From assembly GCA_001938485.1 (NCBI GenBank), contig MQRK01193570.1, positions 1 to 64,000 of the forward strand: a stretch of 64,000 nucleotides of DNA, in the 5' to 3' direction. Each line of letters opens with the position of its first letter. Position 1 is the stretch's first letter. Origin of the DNA: Girardia tigrina. Its lineage: Eukaryota. Under the pieces are notes generated by a model, which worked only from the letters and a program-made list of their open reading frames with translations, was not told the origin of the DNA and did not search any database. Of this stretch, positions 52,504 to 61,159 are shown piece by piece. Made by a program: the position numbers and the translations under genes.

Positions 52504-52964
52504 TATTAAGAGCACTATTATGATTTCCAATACTTTTATTGATATCACAGCTCGAATTTGTCTCCAGGACAATTCTCCATAAAACTTTCGTAGTTAGATA
52601 TCGTTCTTGACTGATAATTTTTTCTTCTATTTCTAAACCTCTAATTATTTCGATTTCTTTTTAAAAATATTTAAAATTATTTTCAAAAATATTTTTAATT
52701 CATTTTACATATACTATTTATTATTAAATAAATCTTTATGCTATAATTACTTTCAAATAGATTTCAAATATTTTAATTAAGATATTTTATATATTTATTG
52801 ATTAAAATATATTAATTTATTTTTAAAGTTGTTATTTACATTTCAAAATTGTCTGAATAATCCGACGATTCCAAGTATTTAAAATATCAATCTTCCATCT
52901 GGGTTGGAGAAACACAATCATAAAAACAACATCCAATAAACACCATTCGAAAATATTTCTCACA
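52504..52964 (-). mobile_element. Solo-LTR-like insert, family A relative, 461 bp
   Basis: Ends TGTGAGAAAT...CTCTTAATA; flanks AGGAT/AGGAC. Confidence 0.7.
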
Positions 52965-54612
52965 AGGACCGTAAAGGATTTTTCGGGTCACCAGTTTCTT
53001 ATATAAATGAAATCATTTTTGTTATTAATTTATTGAGTTCTAATATAAAAAAAATAAAAGCACTGTTTTTTATTAACATAGATATATTCAAGGAATATAG
53101 CCATGAAATTTATAATTGGACCTCTCACAACCTAGAGTCGGCCCTGATTATATTGTCAAGTTTATTTATTGTTTTATTAAATATTATGATAAGTTTAGAA
53201 AATATTAATTATTTGTTAAAAGATTAATTTGCAATATGTTTTATATTATTAATTAGTCGCAAAAGTTTGTGACCCTGCGATCTGTCCGTAGAATAACAAT
53301 TTGTATAATTTTAAGTATTATAATGAAAAATAATATTATATTATAATTTTTTATCATAGAATAACTTCAGAGAATATTATTTTAGTTTTAGGAATTTTCT
53401 GGTATAAGTTATAATTGCTAACAAAAAAAGCTTTTAAGTTTTTCTTATTACAATTTTATAAAATATCTTTTGTATTAATTAAAATTAATTATTGATATGA
53501 ACTTTTATAAACTATTAATATTAATTTTCCTGGATTATCTGAAAATGAAGATTGTACTTATCATGAATAATAAGAAAATGTTTGAATGACACTTCCTAAA
53601 ATAATTTATCAGATCTTATTTTAAAGAGGGAGAAAGTCGAATGTTATTAGTACAAATTGCCCCTTCGTATATTGCATATAAGATTTATAAATAAATAAAT
53701 AAATAAAGTGTACTGTAAAGACCACTTAGTCGTCTAGATTTTATTTGTACCGAAATTTCGATAATTTCTTCAGAAAAAGAATAAAATTTACAGAAATCAG
53801 GAATGAGTTTTTCATCTAAGATGTTTTTTCAAAGTGCCAAATAATATTTAAATTTCTTTTATTATTATTATTTTTCAAAAAATGATCATATTTATTATTA
53901 CTAATTCCAATGAAGTATGAAATGAATGCCTCATAATCTTAATTTGTTACGTGGTACAAAATTCTGTTTCATTTGACATTATTTTAAAATAAAAAAAGAA
54001 AAAAATATTTCTATTTACGTGATAACGAGAAAATTTCCGTAGGCTACCTCCCTAAAAAGTGTACAATGAAAGCCAAAAGTATGTATTTCTCAGGCATGTC
54101 ATAGAGGTTATCGGAACAAGCTACTTTACCACATAGCCTCCATCATTCTCAGCGCAAACATTCCACCATCTAATTATGTGGAAGAAGGCTCTTTTATACC
54201 AGTCAGTGGGCTTTTTGATAAGGAATGAGGTCACTGTTTGCATAACTTCTTCTTTATCTGCAGACCGTTTAACTTTTAGATGCTTCTTCAGGTGGTAGAA
54301 CATGAAGAAATCGCTTATAATAAGACCTAGATTGTATGGAAAATGAGAAAGCTCCACGAATTAACTTCACTGAACAGCAGTCTTGGTCAAATGGACTTGT
54401 GCACGGGTGAGGTTGTCATACAGGTGTCTTCTACAACACGCATGTAGTATACGCCTTTGATTTTGGTGGCTTTGTCATTGAAATCAGTGTCAACAACACA
54501 ACTTGAATTTCAAAAATCGTCCTCATTGCTTCTTGCCACTGAGAGAATCTAATCCGTAATTTTCTCCTGGCAGTTTTCATTCACTTGTAAATTTTCCATC
54601 TTCTTAAATGTA

Positions 54613-55839
54613 CAGGGTGGGCCAGAAGTTCCTACGACTTTTGGCAAACATCAACAAGTCAACAAATAACAAGACTTTTATTCAACAACTGTTCAACGAC
54701 CAAATGGATCAACTTGTTGTCCATTATGGTCAATACATAATTGCATGCGTCTGAATGTGCGATCATGAATAGCTTGCAATGTTGACGTGTTAATGTGATT
54801 AATTTCCTGTGTGATGATGTCTTTGAGTTCTTCCTTTGTGCGAAATTTTGCTGACACGACATTCGGCTTTAGCATTCCCCACATGGCGTTGTCGCAGGAG
54901 CTTAAGTCTGGGCTTCTTGCAGGCCAGGAAATTGATCCATACTTTCCCACCTACCGATCGAAAATTTGGCATTGAGGAAATCTCGGGTAGCAGTCGCGGT
55001 ATGAGCTGGAGCTCCGTCTTGTTGAAAGTGACAGGATTAAAGCAGGTGTCGTTCTTCTAATGCTGGTAAAAATTCCGTACTCAGCATTTCAATGTAAGCA
55101 TTGGCCGTTACCGAGCCGTTGATGTAGAAGGGTCCAATGATGTACTTAGCATTCATTACAACCCATGCCATTGCAGATATAGGATGCTGGGCAACTTGCT
55201 CATAAAAGTAGGGATTTTCTTTGCTCCAGAAGATCGAATTGATGTGTTTACCATCCCCATAAAAGACACATTCATCTGTGAAAAACAAATTTTCACGCTT
55301 TCGGGGATTGTTGTATTTATGAAGGATGGCTTTTCAACACTGGAATCGGTTTTCTCTGTCAGCCTCTCTGAGAAATTGCACTTGGAATGGTTTCCAGGCC
55401 CGTAAACACAAATCATCTTTCAATATTCGCCGCAGACTTGTTCATGGAATACTCGTTTCTTCTACTCTTTTCCTGGTAGACATTTGATGATCATCATTGA
55501 CGGATTGTTCGACAACTTGCACAGAATCTCCACACTCGGTAGGGCGATCTGCTCGTGGATTATCTAACACGGAACCCGTCCCGAACAACTTCTCCATCCA
55601 CGGGGTAATGATTCTTCCATCGGGCGGTTCACAATCATAACATTCTCTCAGCTTTGCTTTAACTGCTCGCATAGCCTTGTTCGACTTGTCCGATTCGTAC
55701 AGCCATGCTGCTGCTTGCACTCGAAATGGAATTGAATAGGGGCNNNNNNNNNNNNNNNNNNNNNNNNNNNNNNNNNNNNNNNNNNNNNNNNNNNNNNNNN
55801 NNNNNNNNNNNNNNNNNNNNNNNNNNNNNNNNNNNNNNN

Positions 55840-55880
<41 letters not shown>

Positions 55881-55921
55881 TGATGTTTGCCAAAATTCGT
55901 AGGAACTTCTGGCCCACCCTG
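54613..55921 (-). mobile_element. Tc1/mariner DD41D (rosa/Visitor-type) element, inactive
   Basis: 43-bp TIRs CAGGGTGGGCCAGAAGTTCCTACGA..., TA TSD; FFTDEC, FQQDGAPAH...WPARSPDLSSCD with 41-residue spacing after correcting one frameshift. Confidence 0.92.
55744..55839. other. Assembly gap (96 N) next to a (TA)n tract (55840-55876)
   Basis: Run of N. Confidence 1.
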
Positions 55922-55999
55922 TAGTGTGGGAGTGATGTTTCAGCCTCTGTTTCCAAATTATACATGAATAGAGCACCAGTTTCAGAATTAACGTTGAGG

Positions 56000-56183
56000 A
56001 GTAGGGGGAAAATGCGAGTTCGGTCTCAATCGATAATTTTTCGATCTCAATCGATAATCTTGATTACCATGGAAACGGACCACGGTAACCAATGAAATTG
56101 CTCGGTTTCTATGGAAATCGGTACAGTAACCAATGAAAACGCGTCTGTAACCATAGTTAAATGATAGTTATGTATTAACGACC
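56000..56183 (+). repeat. Polinton left TIR (the part matched on the right)
   Basis: Inverted match to 59614-59805, roughly 90% identical with a 9-bp indel. Confidence 0.95.
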
Positions 56184-56387
56184 TCACCCTCCCGGGAGGT
56201 GGTCGAAATCTCATAACGTTGCGATGGGTTACCAGTTGCCATAGCAACGGATATAGTTTACGCAACGTGGTGAGGTCTATTTCAAGGTCGCGATTACCAT
56301 AGCAACGGTCCAGATCACCTTATCCTAGGCAAAAACGGTAGCCAAGGTCGTAATCACCATAGCAACAGTTTTGGTTACCTTAGCAAC
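56063..56387. promoter_or_regulatory. Array of RFX X-box-like 14-mers in the Polinton left arm
   Basis: GTTGCCATAGCAAC 56235, GTTACCTTAGCAAC 56374, ATTACCATAGCAAC 56293, ATCACCATAGCAAC 56353, ATTACCATGGAAAC 56063, GTTTCTATGGAAAT 56105. Confidence 0.5.
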
Positions 56388-56390
56388 GGT

Positions 56391-57182
56391 TTATTTATTC
56401 CATAAAGATGGATATTCCAAATCGATAGTTGAAAAATTAACTTGTGAAACTGTCGATAAATTAATTAAATCGGAAAATGAAAATGAAAAATCAAATACAA
56501 TAAATAGCGAAAAAATCAAAAATTAGATAAATAATAATTATGATAATATTGATTTTGTTTTGACTGTTCCCTATTCTGAGGGTTTCAGGAAATTCAAAAC
56601 CTCTATTTTGAAACATGATGAAAATAAATCATTAAATTTAAAAATTGTATCTAGGTCATGTAAGATAAGAAGTTTGTTAGTAGTAAATTTATCACACCAA
56701 CTGGGTTATGTTCCAATTTAGTTTATCAATATAAATGTAATGGGTATGATGTCATATACATCCGAGAGACTTTTCGTCATCTCTGTAAACGGATTCAGGA
56801 ACATAATCGCAGGGAAAGTGATAGCAATATTGCTCAATATAAGAAGAACTGTTTGAATAGTAAAGTTGATGTAAGTAATTTTAAGATTTTATGTTCACAA
56901 TTTGATAATTATTGGGAGATAATTATTGTGAAGCATTGTTGATCAAATCTTTTGATCCTAAAATCAATGTCCAAACACAATCCTCTTCAACTTTGTTGAA
57001 AGTATTTTCATGATTTAAATGACACAATGATTACATAAACATTACTTTGATATATAAACGCGAGTATATCATTGTTAATTCAGTCTGATGATGATCCGTC
57101 GAAATTAATAACAATATATTTTGACGAAAATTTTTGTTTTTTAAAAATTCCTTGTCGTCATTTTTTAAATATTTATATAAAT
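56391..57182 (+). mobile_element. 5'-truncated Penelope-like element inserted in the Polinton
   Basis: DGYSKSIV...LTVPYSEG...LVYQYKCNGYDVIYIRETFRHLCKRIQEH...EALLIKSFDPKINVQ; homology to the 3192-3905 copy stops near 57182. Confidence 0.88.
57077..57120 (+). ncRNA. Degenerate minimal hammerhead (7-nt deletion in stem II)
   Basis: agt CTGATGA tgatccgtc GAAA ttaa TA^ac; same family as 3254-3305. Confidence 0.65.
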
Positions 57183-57871
57183 CAAATCATGTTTTTATTG
57201 CTTCATTCAAAAATGATAAGGAAGCTCAAGAATGGGGTTTCATTACGGAACATAATTATACGAAAACTAGAGAAAAGGAATTTATAGTAAAATCCTCTAA
57301 TGAACTTTTAGAAAAAGATGTTTTGAATACAACGGTTTCCATAAAATTTAATATCGTTAATGGTCTCAATTGGGAAACATTTGTATTTAAAGAGGATATA
57401 AATCAAAACAGTTGTGAGAAAGTTGAAAGTCATCTCAAAACTTCAAAAAGTATTCAAAACCATCAAATTGGAAGAAAATAATATCCTATCATTTACATTC
57501 CAAAATTGTGTACAGAAAGCTGTTTTTGATAAACATTTGGTTTTATGTTTTACAAAAACCGAATTCAATCTCAAAGATGATAAAGGCATATTCCCAATAA
57601 AATTAAATAATCCCTTCAATCAGATATACATCTATTCTAGTATTGTAGAGATCGAGTACCTCTTTTAAAATGTGTTTGGATAGATTTTTCATAACATAAG
57701 CATGGAGAGCCAGTATATTTTGCACCAGCTGTTCCCATGTATTTATCTATTTCATCCACATGTTTAAACAAAATTGAAGTTAATATTCGTGATGATAGTG
57801 GGAGACCTTTTGAGATTAGTTTTGGAGCAAAAACTATATTAACTTTACATTTCAAGAAAATACATGATTGA
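57183..57871 (+). pseudogene. Polinton minor capsid protein (penton/PX), 5'-truncated and frameshifted
   Basis: IYIYSSIVE...PLLKCV...PMYLSI...KIEVNIRDDSGRPFEISFGAKTILTLHFKK matches the Maverick minor-capsid C-terminus. Confidence 0.8.
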
Positions 57872-58253
57872 TAGAGATATTGTACAATTGTATTGTGTTC
57901 CTCTACAGGGTGGTAATCTTCCACACTTTAGAGGTAAACAATATGGAGGTAATTGGAAGGCTACATTAGGCAGATATGCAATTCCTATAATGAGGAAATT
58001 TGGTATACCTGTAGCAAAGATTGCTGGTAAAGCAATATTAAGTGCTGGTGAAAATATTTTGAATCGTACTAAAAAGCTTGTTGAAGCATTGAAGGAAGCT
58101 GCTGCGGAGATATTACCAGAAATGAAGTCAAATGCTAAAGGTACTTTTCGTGAGGCCGTTTCCATAATGGATCAAGGTGGAGGAGGAAGGAAAAGGAAAA
58201 GTTTAGATATAAACAAAGAAACAAAACGTATGAAAACGATATTCTCAGAATGA
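57864..58253 (+). CDS. Intact Polinton virion core/membrane-lytic-type protein (129 aa) with adenain-type cleavage sites
   Basis: LQGG^N and QYGG^N, then a basic amphipathic segment, then QGGGG-RKRK; lies between minor and major capsid genes. Confidence 0.7.
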   Translation: MIDRDIVQLYCVPLQGGNLPHFRGKQYGGNWKATLGRYAIPIMRKFGIPVAKIAGKAILSAGENILNRTKKLVEALKEAAAEILPEMKSNAKGTFREAVSIMDQGGGGRKRKSLDINKETKRMKTIFSE

Positions 58254-59357
58254 GTGCTTCATCAGAATTGGACATATTTAGTCCAGCTCCGCCACAAGCT
58301 TTTATAGAATTATATACTTTTGAAGATATTTACCCCAAGGATAGTATTAGTGGGTATAATAAATCTCATATAGAGTTAAATATTATCGGTAGTGAAGATC
58401 AATACATTGATATGAATCATATAATGGTTAGCATTAAAATAAAAGCAGTCGATGAATCAGGAAAATAAATAACTGTTGACATTGCAAAATTAACACCGAG
58501 TAATTACCTATTTCATTGCTTATTTAAAGATATGACCTTGTTTCTCAATAATACAAAGATTGAGGACACTAATGATAGTTATTATCAAAAAGCTATCATT
58601 GAAACTACATTAAATTTAAGTTCATATACGAAGAATACGTTTCTCAAGTCCATGGGGTATGGTGAGGCAACTGAAAGAGTCAAATGGTTGCAGAAATCAG
58701 CCTTGATGACATTACGTGGACCGTTAAATCTGGACTTTTTTGAGCAGCCTAAATATCTCATATCAAATATATATTGAGAGTGCAAAGTTATTAATACGAC
58801 GTTTTCGTACAACAGAATCAGTAAGATTGGCTCATATTATGGGTCTTGATAATCAAAATGCTATATATCCCATTCGAAAAGCAAGAATGTTTCAGTTTTC
58901 AATTCCTAAAGGATCACATGGTGAATACAAGGACAATCTGTTCAGTGATGTACGTTTACAAAAATTTGTATTGGTAACATTTCAAGATAGTAACAAAGTT
59001 AGTGGAGATTACACATCATATTGCTCGGCATTTGACAACTGTAATATTAGCTCCCTAACCCTATCTCGAAGAATTGATTATAGAGATTCACATATAATTA
59101 ACTTTGAAAAGAATGATTTTACTGAAGCATACTACAAGTCTATAATATTGAACATGATACTCGTGAATAAAAATATGAATAATGGAATCACTATGGATGA
59201 TTTCAAAACAAAATACCCCTACTTTACATTTTTCTTGGCACCTGATTTTGATGTTGATCAAATACAAATGCCACGAACAGGCAATTTGAAATTGGATTTA
59301 AGATTCCATAAGGCATTAGATAACGCAATAATAAACAGGAATTACAAACAGCAATAA
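58250..59357 (+). pseudogene. Polinton major capsid protein (double jelly-roll, PY/hexon-like)
   Basis: SELDIFSPAPPQ, IELNIIGSEDQYIDM, PSNYLFHCLF, GPLNLDFFEQPKYL, LAH..GL...NAIYPI, GNLKLDLRF; in-frame stop at 58466 and frameshift/deletion near 58775. Confidence 0.9.
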
Positions 59358-59398
59358 TATATGAAGTAAGTTTTATTTAAACCTTTGGTAATTTTATA

Positions 59399-59613
59399 AT
59401 ATATAGTACATATCAGATTGAAAAAGCACTGAAAAGATATCCTGGATTCCATGGAGTATATTCGTTGGATAAAGTTCCAGATTATCTATTTGATGGAGGA
59501 TATATAATTAATACTCAGACTGCTAATTTACTAGGAGAACACTGGATTGCAGGACATGTGACTTCAGATTTTATTCGAGTATTCGATCCACTTGGGATGT
59601 ATTACCCATCACG
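59399..59613 (+). pseudogene. Polinton adenain/Ulp1-like cysteine protease, C-terminally truncated
   Basis: FHGVYSLDKVP...YIINTQTANLLGEHWIA...VFDPLG; His and Asp present, catalytic Cys segment replaced by the TIR. Confidence 0.88.
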
Positions 59614-59805
59614 GTCGGTGACACATAACTATCCTTTAACTATGGTTACACACATATTTTCATTAGTTTCTGTACCAATTTCCATAGTAACCGAGCAATT
59701 CCCTTGGTTACCGTGGTCAGTTGCCATGGTTTCTATGGTAATCAAGATTATCGATTGCGATCGAAAATTTATCGATTGAGACCGAACCCGCATTTTCCCC
59801 CTACT
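59614..59805 (-). repeat. Polinton right TIR
   Basis: Inverted match to 56000-56183. Confidence 0.95.
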
Positions 59806-60679
59806 TTGAGGGTCTTTCCCTGCACTAGAAATAGCTTCTTAATCATATCCGCTTTGAGAAAGTAATATACGAACCACGACCATAATTCTCTTAGTCCCAG
59901 AGAAGGAAACATGCTATTCAATGTTCTATAGTTGTTTTTGAATACATTTTCAAGTTTTATAATTTCGTTAATTTTGTATGAAATTTTCCAATTATCTCCA
60001 AGAATTTGTCGTCCTCTCCCGTACTTTTCTTCATTGTATAATTTTGTTCCACTGCACTGAAATTCTTTAATCCACTTGTAAGTTAAAGTTCAAGAAAAAG
60101 ACTTTTTACCATAGGGCTCGCTTAGCTCCCACATTATTTCAAAAGGTTCAAATTTGTTTTGAAGCAAAATCTTAGTTACACTGCTCTTTTCAACGTCAGA
60201 TATTATGTTAAATTGAATAATCGCTAAATCTGTCTGACGAAATAGGCAAATGTTAAATCTGTTATAAATTTTTTTTCACATAAAAATTCAGGTTCCTGCG
60301 TTATTAATTAAGCTACCAGTCTACAGACATTGTGAGGCCTCTACTTTATCATAGGAAAATGTAAACTTCGCCGATATTGAAGATCTTTTCAAAATCTTTG
60401 AACAGTGTTTAATTATTACATTTTAAATGTGTGATTTGATGTATTAAACTTTATCTTTTTAAATATAAAATGTTTACAAAATTATAACATCAATTATAAT
60501 TGATCTATAAATGATAGTAATAGGAAAAAAACGTGAACTTAAAACTGTAATATTTTTATAGTATGTAATAAATATCTAATAATTCTCTAACTTTAGACAT
60601 GGAAAAATATTTTTAGGGGTCTCGCTATTAGAATGAAATAAAAAAAAACAAAGTAAAAGATATTCAAATACTGATTCAT

Positions 60680-61035
60680 TGCTCCAATATTTTTGTAAAA
60701 TATGCAGTCAGTGTTAAGTAATGCCTGTAGAAACAAAGAGAGGAAAAATTAAACAAGATATTTAGCATTAAGAAAGAGTTAGATGGATTCACATGGTAGA
60801 AAAATTAATACTCGTACATCGGAGAGACAAATCGTCATCTCAAAACACGGATTAGTGAACACTCACATTCAAGTAGATTGAGTATGATTCTTGAAATAAA
60901 AATGTGAGGAGAACTTCTGATAACAACAATGGCATAAACGTGACTAAGAAAAAAAAATAAAAATCAAATAATCAACACAAATAAAGTTACTGAAGATGAT
61001 CAAAGATTGTGATCAAAACATGTCCAACGTTAATT
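60680..61035 (+). mobile_element. Penelope-like GIY-YIG fragment and 3' repeat, second family
   Basis: LQYFCKIC...[16 protein letters not shown] followed by a hammerhead motif. Confidence 0.75.
60984..61031 (+). ncRNA. Minimal hammerhead with a G12-to-A core mutation
   Basis: gtta CTGAAGA T GATCA aagattg TGATC aAAA catg TC^ caac. Confidence 0.65.
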
Positions 61036-61159
61036 TTGAAAAAATACTTTAACACATATATTCTAAATAATTTCAAAATATTGTTCATTAAACTATTAAT
61101 AAAATCTACATACGAATCTATTATTATACGAATCAATATTTATAAGTGATTAAAATTTA

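Larger units (their letters stand above)
54018..55999 (-). mobile_element. Old mariner remnant hosting the DD41D element and probably the Polinton
   Basis: ORF 54121-54357 HFPYNLGLIISDFFMFYHLKKHLK...RWWNVCAENDGGYV; ETGALFMYNLETE (DETW.Y.YDPET-like) at 55923-55999. Confidence 0.65.
56000..59805 (+). mobile_element. Internally deleted Polinton/Maverick (adintovirus-like) element retaining only the virion gene block
   Basis: Termini AGTAGGGGGAAAATGCG...CGCATTTTCCCCCTACT; about 180-bp TIRs; perfect 6-bp TSD TTGAGG (55994-55999, 59806-59811); capsid and protease motifs. Confidence 0.93.

Noticed and set aside
55648-55976. ORFs with IYIY and X runs
   Set aside because: Artefacts of the (TA)n tract and the N-gap.
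56047-56265. ORF sharing a peptide (HNY.LTMVT..FSLV.VPISI) with the tail of ORF 59465-59779
   Set aside because: Both are read-through of the two TIR copies, not a duplicated gene.
56391-57013. GIY-YIG nuclease as a native Polinton gene
   Set aside because: It carries a PLE RT-thumb remnant and a hammerhead-bearing 3' repeat, and has sister copies outside the Polinton.
57637-58812. Minus-strand ORFs 57637-57924, 57845-58165, 58585-58812
   Set aside because: Antisense shadows of the capsid genes.
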